A DNA stretch of 50,367 nucleotides, from contig CADAUE010000001.1 in NCBI GenBank assembly GCA_902790985.1, positions 1 to 50,367 on the forward strand, in the 5' to 3' direction. Made by a program: the position numbers and the translations under genes. Under the pieces are notes generated by a model. The model did no database searches. It was given only the letters and a program-made list of their open reading frames with translations, and had not been told where the DNA came from. Below are positions 36,787 through 49,837 of the stretch, piece after piece. The stretch comes from an uncultured Ruminococcus sp. (GTDB lineage Bacteria > Bacillota > Clostridia > Oscillospirales > Acutalibacteraceae). The first letter of the stretch is position 1. Every line of letters starts with the position of its first letter.

Positions 36787-39612
36787 TCATTTCCGCTCTA
36801 AGAGCGGCTTCAAATTCTGACCGGTGAACGAATCTTCGCACTTCGCGATCTGCTCGGGCGTTCCCTGTGCGACCACCGTTCCGCCCATATCGCCGCCCTC
36901 GGGGCCGAGGTCGATGATGTGGTCGGCGGTTTTGATCAGCTCAAGGTTATGCTCGATGACGATGACCGTATTGCCGCTGTCGACCAGCTTATGCAATACC
37001 TCTACCAAACGGTGGACGTCCGCGATATGCAGACCCGTCGTCGGCTCGTCAAGGATATAGACCGTCTTGCCGGTCGCGCGTTTCGAAAGCTCGGTAGAGA
37101 GCTTCACGCGCTGGGCTTCACCGCCCGAGAGGGTCGTGGCGGGCTGACCGATCTTGATATAGCCCAAGCCCACGTCGTAGATGGTCTGCAATTTGCGCCG
37201 GATCTTCGGGATGTTCTTGAAGAACTCGAGCCCCTCCTCCACGGTCATCTCGAGGACGTCATGGATCGACTTGCCCTTGTACTTGACCTCCAAGGTCTCG
37301 CGATTATAGCGCTTGCCCTTGCAGACCTCACACGGTACGTAGATATCGGGCAAAAAGTGCATCTCGATCTTGATGATACCGTCGCCCTGGCAGGCTTCGC
37401 AGCGGCCGCCCTTGACATTGAAGCTGTAGCGCGACGAGTTATAGCCGCGCATCTTGCTGTCGGTGGTGGAGGCGTAGAGGTTGCGGATATCGGTAAACAC
37501 ACCGGTATAGGTCGCGGGATTACTGCGCGGGGTCTTACCGATCGGGCTCTGGTCGATGTTGATGACCTTGTCGAGCGCTTCGATCCCCTCGATCGCCTTG
37601 AACTTGCCGGGGGTGCATTTCGCGCGATTGAGTTCACGCGCGAGGTGCTTATATAAGATCTCGTTGATCAGGGAGCTTTTGCCCGATCCGGACACGCCGG
37701 TAACACAGACAAATTTCCCCAGAGGAATTTTAACGTTGATATTCTTCAGATTATTCTGCTGAGCGCCTTTGACCGTCAAGTACTTGCCGTTGCCTTTACG
37801 ACGGCTCTCAGGCAGAGGGATGGCACGCTTGCCGGACAGGTACTGACCTGTCACGGAGCCTGCGCACTTTTCGATATCCTTCACCGTGCCGGTCGCGACG
37901 ATCTCGCCGCCGTGAACGCCCGCGCCGGGTCCGATATCGACGATGTAGTCAGCCGCGCGCATGGTATCCTCGTCATGCTCGACGACGATGACGGTGTTGC
38001 CGATATCGCGCAGTTTTTTCAAGGTACCGAGAAGCTTATCGTTATCGCGCTGGTGGAGACCGATCGACGGCTCGTCGAGGATGTACAGCACACCCATCAA
38101 GGCGGAGCCGATCTGGGTCGCCAAACGGATTCGCTGGCTCTCACCACCCGAAAGCGTCGCCGAAGCGCGCGACAGGGTCAGATAGCCAAGCCCCACCGAT
38201 TTCAAGAAATTCAGCCGCGATTTGATCTCGTTAAGGATCTCTCCGGCGATCATGCGGTCACGTTCACTGATCTCGATATGCTCGACAAAGTCGAGGATCT
38301 TCACAACGGACAGATCACACAGCTCGGCGATGTTCATCCCGCCGACGGTGACCGCCAGCGAGATCGGCGACAGACGCTTGCCGCCGCACTCGTCGCAGGG
38401 GATCTCGGTCATGAAGCTCTGGATCTCTTCTTTGATCCACTGGGAGTTGGTCTCACGGAAACGGCGTTCAAGGTTCGGGATGATGCCCTCGAACTCCCGC
38501 TGCATTTCGGTTTTATTGAACGGTGTACGGCGGATCAAGTGGAGCTTCTCACCTTTGGTGCCGTAGAGGATCGCGTCGACCGCTTTCGGCTGCAGATCCT
38601 TGATCTTGGTAAAGTAATCAAAGCCGTATTTTTCGGACAGACCGTCCATATACATCTGAGCGATCGTGTTGCCCTCCATCGCCCAGCCGGAGCCTTTGAT
38701 ACCGCCCTGCGAGATCGTTTTCTCGGGATCGGGAATGATCAGCGCGGGATCGACACGCAGGAACATCCCCAGACCCGTACACTTCGGACACGCGCCGAAG
38801 GGATTGTTGAACGAGAACATACGGGGCGCCAGCTCATTGACGCTGATACCGTGCTCGGGGCAGGCGTAGTTCTGAGAATACAGGATATCCCCACCGTCAA
38901 CGACACTGATCATCACCAGCCCGTCGGCAAGCTTTGAGGCAGTCTCTAAGCTGTCGGTCAAGCGGGAACGGATGCTTTCCTTGATCACCAGACGATCTAC
39001 AACGATCTCAATACTGTGCTTTTTATTCTTTTCGAGAACAATATCCTCACTGAGATCGTAGAGGATCCCATCGGCTCTGACACGCGCGAAGCCCGATTTT
39101 CTTGCCGAATCGAACACACCCTTGTGCTCACCCTTCTTACCGCGGATCATCGGCGCTAATACCTGAATCTTCGTTCCCTCATCCATCGAAAGGATACTGT
39201 CGGCGATCTGGTCGACCGTTTGCTGACTGATCTCGCGTCCGCATTTCGGACAGTGAGGAATACCGATCCGCGCGTAGAGCAGTCGGAAGTAGTCATAGAT
39301 CTCGGTGACCGTACCGACTGTGGAACGCGGGTTCTTGGAGGTGGTCTTCTGGTCGATGGAGATCGCGGGAGAAAGTCCGTCGATGGAATCGACCTCGGGC
39401 TTCTTCATCTGTCCGAGGAACATCCTCGCGTAGGACGACAGACTCTCCACATAGCGGCGCTGACCCTCGGCATAGATGGTGTCGAAGGCGAGCGAGCTTT
39501 TTCCCGAGCCGGATAATCCCGTCAGAACCACCAGCTTGTCGCGCGGTATCTCAAGATCCACATTTTTCAGATTGTGCTTTTTCGCACCTTTTATCACGAT
39601 TTTATCTTGCAT
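36787..39612 (-). CDS. uvrA: Excinuclease ABC subunit A
   Basis: [23 protein letters not shown], two ABC modules, zinc fingers; 941 aa. Confidence 0.98.
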   Translation of the reverse strand: MQDKIVIKGAKKHNLKNVDLEIPRDKLVVLTGLSGSGKSSLAFDTIYAEGQRRYVESLSSYARMFLGQMKKPEVDSIDGLSPAISIDQKTTSKNPRSTVGTVTEIYDYFRLLYARIGIPHCPKCGREISQQTVDQIADSILSMDEGTKIQVLAPMIRGKKGEHKGVFDSARKSGFARVRADGILYDLSEDIVLEKNKKHSIEIVVDRLVIKESIRSRLTDSLETASKLADGLVMISVVDGGDILYSQNYACPEHGISVNELAPRMFSFNNPFGACPKCTGLGMFLRVDPALIIPDPEKTISQGGIKGSGWAMEGNTIAQMYMDGLSEKYGFDYFTKIKDLQPKAVDAILYGTKGEKLHLIRRTPFNKTEMQREFEGIIPNLERRFRETNSQWIKEEIQSFMTEIPCDECGGKRLSPISLAVTVGGMNIAELCDLSVVKILDFVEHIEISERDRMIAGEILNEIKSRLNFLKSVGLGYLTLSRASATLSGGESQRIRLATQIGSALMGVLYILDEPSIGLHQRDNDKLLGTLKKLRDIGNTVIVVEHDEDTMRAADYIVDIGPGAGVHGGEIVATGTVKDIEKCAGSVTGQYLSGKRAIPLPESRRKGNGKYLTVKGAQQNNLKNINVKIPLGKFVCVTGVSGSGKSSLINEILYKHLARELNRAKCTPGKFKAIEGIEALDKVINIDQSPIGKTPRSNPATYTGVFTDIRNLYASTTDSKMRGYNSSRYSFNVKGGRCEACQGDGIIKIEMHFLPDIYVPCEVCKGKRYNRETLEVKYKGKSIHDVLEMTVEEGLEFFKNIPKIRRKLQTIYDVGLGYIKIGQPATTLSGGEAQRVKLSTELSKRATGKTVYILDEPTTGLHIADVHRLVEVLHKLVDSGNTVIVIEHNLELIKTADHIIDLGPEGGDMGGTVVAQGTPEQIAKCEDSFTGQNLKPLLERK

Positions 39613-39634
39613 TCTTTATCACTTCATAGAAACA

Positions 39635-39752
39635 CTGTCATTACGAGGCTCCTAAAGGAGCCGTGGGAATCCCCTTGTCGTCAATATCGTTCGAAAGGAA
39701 AATACATTCCCTCTTCGTGGGATTGCCACGGGCGTTGCCCTCGCAATGACAG
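39635..39752. repeat. Palindromic intergenic element of the GTCATTGCGAG...CTCGCAATGAC type
   Basis: Termini CTGTCATTACGAGG / CCTCGCAATGACAG with internal CGTGGGAATCCC / GGGATTGCCACG arms. Confidence 0.75.
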
Positions 39753-39761
39753 CGAAAATTA

Positions 39762-41666
<1,905 letters not shown>

Positions 41667-41736
41667 TCTACTTCACTCCTTTTCGGATTACAGCATGGAG
41701 CAGAATACAAATCGGGTGCGGGCAGCGCCCGCCATC

Positions 41737-41767
41737 CACTCTTCACTATTCACTCTTCACTATTCAC
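41737..41767. repeat. Heptamer tandem repeat (CACTCTT/CACTATT) x4.4
   Basis: CACTCTT CACTATT CACTCTT CACTATT CAC in the hpt-ftsH intergenic region. Confidence 0.85.
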
Positions 41768-41791
41768 CAAATAAATTTCTCAAAAAGAAAT

Positions 41792-42331
41792 TTATGAATA
41801 TATTTCAGGCTTCAAAACCCCTATGTACGGCAGGTTGCGGTAGTACTCCTGATAGTCGAGCCCGTAACCGACCACAAACGCGTCGGGTACATCAAAGCCG
41901 ATATAGTCTACGTCGATCTCCACCTCGCGGCGGGAGGGCTTATTCAGAAGGGTACAGATACGCACGCTCTTGGCGTTCTTCGCGGCAAAATACTTGCCGA
42001 TGAAGTTCAGCGTATTGCCGCTGTCGATGATATCCTCGACAATGATCACGTTTTTGTCATCTATAGGTTCTGACAAATCCTTGATGATATTCACACGACC
42101 GGTACTCTTGGTACCTTTTCCATAGCTGGAAACGCACATGAAATCGATCTTGCACATCTTGTTGATATGCTTAAGCAGGTCAGCCATGAACTGGACGCTG
42201 CCCTTGAGAAGTCCGACGAGAACGATATCCTCCTCGTCAGCGTAGTCCTTTTCGATCTGAGCGGCCAAGCGTTTTGCCGCTTCATGGATCTCTTCTTCTG
42301 TGATCAGAATTTTTTCCAGATCCTTATGCAT
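41792..42331 (-). CDS. hpt: Hypoxanthine phosphoribosyltransferase
   Basis: PRPP motif IIVEDIIDSGNTL, VVGYGLDY; tilS-hpt-ftsH synteny. Confidence 0.97.
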   Translation of the reverse strand: MHKDLEKILITEEEIHEAAKRLAAQIEKDYADEEDIVLVGLLKGSVQFMADLLKHINKMCKIDFMCVSSYGKGTKSTGRVNIIKDLSEPIDDKNVIIVEDIIDSGNTLNFIGKYFAAKNAKSVRICTLLNKPSRREVEIDVDYIGFDVPDAFVVGYGLDYQEYYRNLPYIGVLKPEIYS

Positions 42332-43703
42332 GTTCTATCCCCTCGATCATGATGTATTCCCCGTCACGGGACAAATCCGCTTTTGCCTGTGCTGAGGTTC
42401 CGATCCCCTTGATCCACAGCACGGTAGAGCCGTTTGCGACGACAGGGATCGTGTCGCGCTTTTCGCGCGGTATTTTCAATTCGTTCATCAGCTTTTTCAG
42501 CGATTTTGTCACGCCGCGGCGCCGATCGGTAAAGGTATCGCCGGCTCTGCGACGGCGCAGAACGGTATCTCGTGTTATTATAGCACACGGGATCCCGTCA
42601 TTTAATAATAAATTGTGAATTTTTTCACTACTTAAGGCGAGCGGCGGAACAGCTTCAAAAAGCTGTCCGTCACGCATCGTAACGCGTCTTCCGTGCTCTT
42701 TCATGTAATCAAAGAGCGGTACACAGAAATCATTTGCGATGAAAGCTTGCGGTACGATCCGCAGGATGCCCTGCGCGCAGGAGACGGTATAGCCGCCCCC
42801 TATATCGACCGCGCCGCCGTTGCGCATCGCTTCTATTATAAGCGCTGTGTGTTGAAAGTCAACAGGCGCAGCGGCTTTTTCCAAAATGTTTTTGACGGCG
42901 TATTTCAATACGATCGGCTCACATCGCAAGAGCTGCTCGCATGACCAACCGTAAGGGATCTTTGCCGCTTTTATTTCCTTTTCGGAAATTTGGTTCAAGT
43001 ATTCATCCGCTTCTTGCATGATCGCCGATGTCCTGCCGATGCTCTCCCCTACACTCGGATTCAGCTCGCGCAAAACAGGCATGACCCGATGGCGGAGCTT
43101 GTTGCGGGTATAGTCGTCGGAGAGGTTCGTCGAATCCGTCACGTAATCCAGATCATTCTCGGAACAGTAGGCTTCGATCTCGGAGCGTGTACAGCACAAG
43201 AGCGGACGGATGATGTTATCGCGCTTGATCGGGATCCCTGCAAGACCTGCAAAACCTGCCCCGCGGGTCAGATTCCAAAGAACGGTCTCGGCATTGTCGT
43301 CGCTGTGGTGAGCGGTCGCGATCTTCGCACCGCTGAGCTTATCACGACAAACACACTGCAGATATTCATAACGCATCCTTCTGCCGCAAAGCTCAACGCT
43401 CTCGCCTGAGCTCTCTGCGACAGACGGCACATCCGCTCCGTGGCTGAAGAAAGGGACTCCCATCTCTTCGCACAACGCCTTGCAGAAGCTCTCGTCACGA
43501 TCCGCCTCTTCTCCGCGGATGCCGTGGTTGAAGTGTGCCGCATATAAAGCAACGTTGAATTCTTCTTTCAAAGAAATAAGAATATGAAGCAACGCGACGG
43601 AATCAGCGCCTCCCGACAATGCGATCAGCACCTTATCGCCCTCGGTCAGCAAAGATCTCACGCGGATGAAACGGCCGACCCTCTCGCGTACGTTATCCCT
43701 CAC
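42324..43703 (-). CDS. tilS: tRNA(Ile)-lysidine synthetase
   Basis: SGGADS PP-loop, AHHSDDNAET, RPLL, RNKLR; GTG start at 43703 with AGGAG RBS. Confidence 0.95.
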   Translation of the reverse strand: MRDNVRERVGRFIRVRSLLTEGDKVLIALSGGADSVALLHILISLKEEFNVALYAAHFNHGIRGEEADRDESFCKALCEEMGVPFFSHGADVPSVAESSGESVELCGRRMRYEYLQCVCRDKLSGAKIATAHHSDDNAETVLWNLTRGAGFAGLAGIPIKRDNIIRPLLCCTRSEIEAYCSENDLDYVTDSTNLSDDYTRNKLRHRVMPVLRELNPSVGESIGRTSAIMQEADEYLNQISEKEIKAAKIPYGWSCEQLLRCEPIVLKYAVKNILEKAAAPVDFQHTALIIEAMRNGGAVDIGGGYTVSCAQGILRIVPQAFIANDFCVPLFDYMKEHGRRVTMRDGQLFEAVPPLALSSEKIHNLLLNDGIPCAIITRDTVLRRRRAGDTFTDRRRGVTKSLKKLMNELKIPREKRDTIPVVANGSTVLWIKGIGTSAQAKADLSRDGEYIMIEGIEHA

Positions 43704-45069
43704 GGGTACGCTCCTGCCCTGTGAAACGCATGAACTCGCCCTGCCAGTGCAGCTTGACGATGGTGGTCTCACCGTGACGGTTCTTTGCGACGATACACTC
43801 GCCGCTGTTCTGGTCAACTGCCGCCTGCACGGTCTCGGCGCCCTTTTCGCGCTCATAGTAGCCGTCGCGATAGAGGAACAGCACGATATCCGCGTCCTGC
43901 TCGATCGAACCCGAGTCACGCAGATCGGAAAGCTGCGGACGGTGATCCTGACGCTGTTCGGACGCACGGCTGAGCTGGCTCAAGCAGATGACGGGAACGT
44001 TGATCTCCTTGGCGAGGATCTTCAGATTTCTCGTCAGCTCGGAGATCTCCTGTACACGGTTGCCGTCTCTGCGGCCGGTGGACATCAGCTGGAGATAGTC
44101 GATGACGACAAGATCGGGATCCTTAAGGCGTCTCAGCTTCGCTTTCATCTCGGGCACGGTGATGCCGGGCGTATCATCCAGATACAGCTGGGCATTTTTC
44201 AGCACATCTCCCGCGCCGATCAGCCGGTTCCATTCCTCCGGACTGAGCTTGCCGGTACGCAGCTTGGTACCGCCGACGAGCGCTTCGGACGACAGCAATC
44301 TGGACGCGAGCTGTTCCTTGGTCATCTCGAGCGAGAAGAAGGCGACCTTCTTCTTGGCGATGACAGAAACGTTACGCGCGATATTCAGCGCGAAAGAGGT
44401 CTTGCCCATACCGGGTCGCGCCGCGAGAAGGATCAGATCGGAGCGGTTCAGACCGGTGATCACGCGGTCGAGATCGCCGATACCGGTGGACACGGGCTTG
44501 ATGCTTTCATCTTCACGGTTGAGCATATCGAGCCGGTCAAAGGTCTGGAACAGCACCTCGTCGATTCGCTGCAAGCCTTGGATGTTCTTGCCGCGGCGGA
44601 TATCAAAGATCTTCTGCTCCGCCGAATCGATCAAGAGCTGCGGCTCCATCTCACCTTCGGCGCTGTCCTCGAGGATATCGCGCGCGGCGTTCATCAGCGA
44701 GCGCACATCGTACTTGTCGCGTACGATACGGGCGTAGTTCTCGACGTTTGAGATGGATGGACAGTTCTGGGCGAGCTGGATGAGATAGGTCTTGCCGGTA
44801 GCCTCATCAAAGTCGCGCTCCATCTTCAGCGTTTCCAGCACGGTGACCTGGTCGATCGCCCTGCCGGAGGTGAACATCGACATCATCGCCGTATAGATGG
44901 TGCGGTGATTCGTGATGTAAAAGTATTCGGATGACGGCAGGATCTCCGCTACGCGTGAGATCGCGTCGGGTTCCATGAGAATCGCGCCCAGCACCGCCTG
45001 CTCCGCGTCGGGAGAATACGGCTGCCGCAGTCCGTTATATACAGATGGATTGGTATTATTATCAGGCAT
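43693..45069 (-). CDS. dnaB: Replicative DNA helicase
   Basis: AARPGMGKT, IDYLQLM, LSQLSR, DLRDSGSIEQDAD, KNRHG. Confidence 0.98.
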   Translation of the reverse strand: MPDNNTNPSVYNGLRQPYSPDAEQAVLGAILMEPDAISRVAEILPSSEYFYITNHRTIYTAMMSMFTSGRAIDQVTVLETLKMERDFDEATGKTYLIQLAQNCPSISNVENYARIVRDKYDVRSLMNAARDILEDSAEGEMEPQLLIDSAEQKIFDIRRGKNIQGLQRIDEVLFQTFDRLDMLNREDESIKPVSTGIGDLDRVITGLNRSDLILLAARPGMGKTSFALNIARNVSVIAKKKVAFFSLEMTKEQLASRLLSSEALVGGTKLRTGKLSPEEWNRLIGAGDVLKNAQLYLDDTPGITVPEMKAKLRRLKDPDLVVIDYLQLMSTGRRDGNRVQEISELTRNLKILAKEINVPVICLSQLSRASEQRQDHRPQLSDLRDSGSIEQDADIVLFLYRDGYYEREKGAETVQAAVDQNSGECIVAKNRHGETTIVKLHWQGEFMRFTGQERTREG

Positions 45070-45098
45070 AATCTTTTCCTTGGTGAATTATCTTTGTG

Positions 45099-45123
45099 CG
45101 GGAGGAGCAAGCCCCTCCCCTAC
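45099..45123 (-). repeat. GTAG-type REP-like hairpin
   Basis: Minus strand GTAG-GGGAGGGGC-TT-GCTCCTCCC-G. Confidence 0.7.
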
Positions 45124-45131
45124 GATCGAAT

Positions 45132-45578
45132 TCAGGCTTTCTCGACAGAGATCGTGCAGTTGGCGGTGATGCCGGAATAAAGCTTGATCTCCGCTTCATA
45201 CTCGCCGAGATTCTTGATATCGTCTTTCAAGGTGACCTTGCGCTTATCGACGTCAACATGCTTCTGGCGCTTGACCTCGGCGGCGATCTCCTTCGCGGTG
45301 ATGCTGCCGAAGAGCTTGCCGCTCTCCCCCGCCTTTGCTTTGATGACAAACTTGGAGCCTTCCAGCTCGTCCTTTGCCTTCTTCGCGGCGGCGATCGCGG
45401 TATCGATCTTATACTGCTTGCTCTGCTCGGCGTTTCTGAACTCGTTCATCGCCTGTGCGTTTGCTTCTTTCGCGACGTTTCTGGGAAACAGGAAGTTGCG
45501 CGCGTAGCCGTCGGATACGCTGACAAGCTCACCCTTTTTACCCAGACTTTTGACGTCCTGTAACAGAATAACTTTCAT
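45132..45578 (-). CDS. rplI: 50S ribosomal protein L9
   Basis: [17 protein letters not shown]...GYARNFL, KLFGSIT; GGAGGA RBS favours ATG 45578. Confidence 0.98.
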   Translation of the reverse strand: MKVILLQDVKSLGKKGELVSVSDGYARNFLFPRNVAKEANAQAMNEFRNAEQSKQYKIDTAIAAAKKAKDELEGSKFVIKAKAGESGKLFGSITAKEIAAEVKRQKHVDVDKRKVTLKDDIKNLGEYEAEIKLYSGITANCTISVEKA

Positions 45579-45598
45579 ATCCATTCCTCCGATATATA

Positions 45599-47539
45599 TT
45601 AATTAAATTGATAATTCTTCAAAACCTCAGTCAGTCGATCCTTGGCTTCCTGCAGGCTGACGTCCTTGATCTGCACCGCAGCCATGGTCTGGTGACCGCC
45701 GCCGCCGAGGGCTTCCATCACCAGCTGGACGTTGATCTTGCCGAAGGAGCGTGCCGAGATATTCACGGTATGCGCGTCGATCCGCGAGATAACAAACGAC
45801 GCGTAGGTATCCTGGATCGACAACAGATCATCGGCAGCCTGCGCACAGACAAGGCGCGAATTGCGCATGCCCTCGTCGGCCATCGTCACAGCGCAGTGGT
45901 TGACGATCTGCGCGGACGCGACCAGCTGACTTTTCTCTCGATAATTGTCGAGAGAGTTGGCGAATACGTTGCGTACCGCTACGGTATCGGCGCCCTTCTT
46001 TCTCAGGAACGCCGCCGCCTCAAAGGTACGCACGCCGGTGTTGATGACAAAGTTCTTGGTATCGAGCATGATACCGGCGAGCAGCGCCTCTGCCTCGTTG
46101 TGGTTCAGCACATCATCGGCAAGGTACTCGACCACCTCGGTGACAAGCTCCGACGCGGATGACGCGCTCGGCTCATGCAGGAAGATGTCGGCGGTGTCGA
46201 TGAAGTTGACCATCTTGCGGTGATGGTCGATGATGATGACCTTGCCGCAATTCTTGAACAGCCGATCATCTTCGATGAAATCCGGCGAGTGGGTATCGAC
46301 GATAAAGAGCAGGGTTCGCGGATCGGACATCAGCACACCGCTTTCGGGAGAGACGAACATATCCTTGCGGTTCTCGCTGAGGCAATCGATCATATCCCGC
46401 GCCATGGTTCGGCTCACATCGGTGACGATATGGCACTCTTTGCCGTACTTCTTCGTACACAGCGCGTACATACCGGACGCCGCGCCGACACAGTCGAGAT
46501 CAGAGTAGCGATGTCCCGTGACAAGCACACGTTCGGACTGGGCGATCGCTTCGGCGATCTGCTGGGATACGGCGCGCACCTTGACCTTGGAGGTCTTTTC
46601 AACACCCTTCGCGACGCCTCCGTAAAAGACGTAGTCGCTGCCGGTGAGCACCGCGACCTGGTCGCCGCCTCTGCCAAGCGCCATATCGAGCGCCTTCTTT
46701 GCCTGAGCCGCGCTTTCGGTCAGCGTGATGCTGTCGTGACCGATACCGATCGATAGCGTCGCGGGACGACCCTGGTAGCTGATCGAGCGAACGTCGTCCA
46801 AAAGACGGAACTTGTTCTCCATCTGTCGGCGCAGCACCTCTTCCTCAAACACGGCGATATAGCGGTTTTCGCCCAGCCTGCGCAGCAGGATATCATGCCG
46901 TGTCGCCCAGCGGTACAAAAGGTTCTCCGCTGCAAGGTGCGCCGCGGCAGCCTCCTGGTCGGCGTCGGAGGAAAAGTCCTCGATGTTGTCAAAAACGATC
47001 AGCGCAACGCTGGTCTTGGTATCGTTATAATGGTCGGCGATATTCTTGTAATATGTATCGTCGACGAACTCGAACATCGCGCCGCGCTCGGTCTCACGCA
47101 CAAAGGCCGTGTACCGTTTATCGGCGAATTCCGTATCAAAAACGCCGAGCTTGACGGCGTTTTCAGGCGAGACGCCGGAGATAAAGTAGCTGATATGCAG
47201 ATTCACTCCGTCGTAGTCTTCGAGAAAAGCCTTGCGAAAGCTTGTGTTATAGGCGATCAGCTCGCCCTGCTCGCCGCAGATCGCGACGGGCATTTTGATC
47301 GCTTCCAGACCCTTTTCCCCGGGCGAGAAGCACTCTTTCATCGCGTTCTGGGACACCTCGCGGATATAGCCGCGAAAACGCATCGAAAGAACGAACACCG
47401 CGGTCACGACGACAGCGGTCACGCCGATCTCGATAAAGCCCAGTATTCGGTTGTACATCAAGGTCGCGGCTGACATCGGGAGCATCAGCACCGCGAGGAA
47501 CAGAAACGCGGGCATCACTGTCCAAACATGTTTTTTCAT
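45599..47539 (-). CDS. gdpP: Cyclic-di-AMP phosphodiesterase (TM, PAS-like, degenerate GGDEF, DHH/DHHA1)
   Basis: [20 protein letters not shown]; canonical position upstream of rplI-dnaB. Confidence 0.93.
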   Translation of the reverse strand: MKKHVWTVMPAFLFLAVLMLPMSAATLMYNRILGFIEIGVTAVVVTAVFVLSMRFRGYIREVSQNAMKECFSPGEKGLEAIKMPVAICGEQGELIAYNTSFRKAFLEDYDGVNLHISYFISGVSPENAVKLGVFDTEFADKRYTAFVRETERGAMFEFVDDTYYKNIADHYNDTKTSVALIVFDNIEDFSSDADQEAAAAHLAAENLLYRWATRHDILLRRLGENRYIAVFEEEVLRRQMENKFRLLDDVRSISYQGRPATLSIGIGHDSITLTESAAQAKKALDMALGRGGDQVAVLTGSDYVFYGGVAKGVEKTSKVKVRAVSQQIAEAIAQSERVLVTGHRYSDLDCVGAASGMYALCTKKYGKECHIVTDVSRTMARDMIDCLSENRKDMFVSPESGVLMSDPRTLLFIVDTHSPDFIEDDRLFKNCGKVIIIDHHRKMVNFIDTADIFLHEPSASSASELVTEVVEYLADDVLNHNEAEALLAGIMLDTKNFVINTGVRTFEAAAFLRKKGADTVAVRNVFANSLDNYREKSQLVASAQIVNHCAVTMADEGMRNSRLVCAQAADDLLSIQDTYASFVISRIDAHTVNISARSFGKINVQLVMEALGGGGHQTMAAVQIKDVSLQEAKDRLTEVLKNYQFN

Positions 47540-47639
47540 AAACTCACCTTTTAAGGATGACATACATCATCCGAGCGTCATATCATTGGCGTTCATCAGA
47601 AAGGACGCGGTATATATAACATTATATCATGATCATGGA

Positions 47640-49460
47640 TCAAACTTCCATCAAGATCGGCAGGATCATCGGGGAGCGTCCCGTCTGCTTGACGATCAGC
47701 TTCGCGACGTCATCCTTGACCTTGTTCTTGATCACGCCCCACTCATGGATATTGCGATGGGAGCAATCCTCTAAGATTTCGAGCGCGGTGGTGCGGATAT
47801 CGTCCATCAGATCGCCGCTCTCGCGCACATAGACAAAACCGCGCGATACGATATCGGGGCCGCTGATGACATGACCGTCGTAGACGTCCAGCGACGCGAC
47901 GATGATGATCAAGCCGTCCTGTCCGAGGTGCTTTCGATCGCGAAGGACGATGGAACCGACGTCGCCGACGCCGAGGCCGTCGACAAAGACCTTGCCGGCG
48001 GGTACGGGCTCGACCTCCTTGATGCCGTTCTCGGAGATCTCGATGCACTTGCCGATATCGCCGATATAGATGTTCTTAGCGTCCATACCCAGCGACATCG
48101 CGAGAGAACGGTGCTTTTGCAGCATTTTCTGCTCGCCGTGGACGGGTACGAAGTACTGCGGCTTGACCAGAGAATGGAGAAGCTTCAGCTCTTCCTGGCA
48201 GGCGTGGCCCGAGACATGCACCTCGTACATGCTCTCGTAGACGACCTCACAGCCGCGCTTTAAGAGCTCGTCGACAACGTTGCCGACGGTACGCTCGTTA
48301 CCGGGGATGGGATTTGCGGAAATGATGATGAAATCTCCCGCGCCTACGCTCACCTTGCGGTGGTCGGAATACGCCATGCGCGACAGCGCCGACATCGGCT
48401 CGCCCTGCGAGCCCGTGGTCGCCAACACGATCTTCTCGGGCGGAAAATCCTTTAACTGATCGATGTCGATGATGAGGTTGTCGGGCACCTTGACATAGCC
48501 CAGCTCCTGCGCGACACTCATATAGTTGATCATGGAGCGTCCCGAGAACGCAACCTTCCTGCCGTACTTCACGGCGCAGTTGATGATCTGCTGGATACGG
48601 CTGATATTGGACGCGAAGGTCGCGATGATGATGCGCTTTCTGCGTGCGGTGGAGAAGAGCTTGTCAAAGCTGTCGGTGACCTTCTGTTCGGTGGGAGTAT
48701 AGCCGGGACGTTCGGCGTTGGTGCTCTCGGCAAAAAGCGCCAAAACGCCCTCGTCGCCTAAGGCGGCAAAGCGGTTTAGGTCGGTCATCCTGCCCTCGAT
48801 GGGCGTGTAGTCGACCTTGAAGTCGCCCGTATGGATGAGGTTACCCGCGGGGGTATGCAGCGCGACCGCGACCGCGTCGGGGATACTGTGGTTCACGTGG
48901 ATCAGCTCGACGTCAAAGCAGCCGAGGCTGAAGCGATCACCCGCGTTCTTCTTGATCAGCTTAGGCGGCGCGGAAAGGCTGTGCTCACGCAGCTTGTTCT
49001 CGATCAAGCCGACGGTTAGGGGCGTACCGTAGATCGGCACGTTGACCTTGGCGAGCAGATAAGGGATACCGCCGATATGATCCTCATGACCGTGGGTGAT
49101 GACCACGCCGCGGATCTTGTCGCGGTTCTGTTCCAGATAGCTGTAGTCGGGGATGACCAGATCAACACCCAGCATGTCGCCGTCGGGGAACGCCATACCG
49201 CAGTCCACGATCACGATGTCGTTCTGACATTCGAACACGGTCAGATTCTTGCCGATCTCATTCAATCCGCCGAGGAACGCCACCCTGACAGGGGGCTTCA
49301 AAGCTGCTTTCTTCTGACGCGGCTTGCTCTTGGTGTTAGCGGACACCGTAGGCTTATAGGCGCGCTTAAAGGGGCTGACCTTCACTTTCTTTGTGTTATT
49401 TTGGGGCTTCTGTGTTCTGCCCTTGTTCTTCGTTTGAGGTCTCTTTTTCGTTTCGCTCAA
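47640..49460 (-). CDS. rnj: Ribonuclease J with Lys-rich N-terminal extension
   Basis: LGGLNEIGKN, THGHEDHIGG, HVSGHA, VPVHGE; TTG start at 49460 with AAGGAGGT RBS. Confidence 0.96.
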   Translation of the reverse strand: MSETKKRPQTKNKGRTQKPQNNTKKVKVSPFKRAYKPTVSANTKSKPRQKKAALKPPVRVAFLGGLNEIGKNLTVFECQNDIVIVDCGMAFPDGDMLGVDLVIPDYSYLEQNRDKIRGVVITHGHEDHIGGIPYLLAKVNVPIYGTPLTVGLIENKLREHSLSAPPKLIKKNAGDRFSLGCFDVELIHVNHSIPDAVAVALHTPAGNLIHTGDFKVDYTPIEGRMTDLNRFAALGDEGVLALFAESTNAERPGYTPTEQKVTDSFDKLFSTARRKRIIIATFASNISRIQQIINCAVKYGRKVAFSGRSMINYMSVAQELGYVKVPDNLIIDIDQLKDFPPEKIVLATTGSQGEPMSALSRMAYSDHRKVSVGAGDFIIISANPIPGNERTVGNVVDELLKRGCEVVYESMYEVHVSGHACQEELKLLHSLVKPQYFVPVHGEQKMLQKHRSLAMSLGMDAKNIYIGDIGKCIEISENGIKEVEPVPAGKVFVDGLGVGDVGSIVLRDRKHLGQDGLIIIVASLDVYDGHVISGPDIVSRGFVYVRESGDLMDDIRTTALEILEDCSHRNIHEWGVIKNKVKDDVAKLIVKQTGRSPMILPILMEV

Positions 49461-49603
49461 ATGAATACCTCCTTCAAATGATTTTTGCATTATATTATAC
49501 CCGCTCCCATACCGCTCGGGGTCGGATGAAATACCGTAAAGATGTTTCCACGCTTCTTCTATGTAAATCCAAAAAGCGAAACACTCCCACTTATACATAG
49601 TAT

Positions 49604-49632
49604 ACTATACCAAAAAATCAGCCCGCGGTCAA
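49604..49632 (-). promoter_or_regulatory. Sigma-A promoter of rnj
   Basis: Minus strand TTGACC-17 bp-TATAGT with extended TG. Confidence 0.7.
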
Positions 49633-49758
49633 TAGGTTGACGGAAATCGTGGATAGTATCGGCAGACTTTCGGAAAAATATTCCATATCCATCTTTCACA
49701 TGAGATAGAGGGTTATTGCCGCAAAAACCAATTATTTTCATCACATACGCAAAAATGC

Positions 49759-49786
49759 TTGCAAATATCGCAAAGTGTGTTATAAT
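49759..49786 (+). promoter_or_regulatory. Sigma-A promoter of rnhA
   Basis: TTGCAA-16 bp-TATAAT with extended TG. Confidence 0.7.
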
Positions 49787-49837
49787 AGCCTGTAGGAAAT
49801 AACACACCTTATAGATAGGTTAAAAAGGATGTGTCCG

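Noticed and set aside
39613-39761. LexA/SOS box upstream of uvrA
   Set aside because: No GAAC-N4-GTTC match found by eye.
43704-43967. N-terminal extension of TilS overlapping dnaB (547-aa ORF)
   Set aside because: GTG at 43703 has an AGGAG RBS and gives a normal-length TilS; the extension is an open frame inside dnaB.
49461-49598. Longer RNase J start (652 aa)
   Set aside because: A strong AAGGAGGT RBS precedes TTG 49460; the upstream ATG sits at the predicted transcription start without an RBS.
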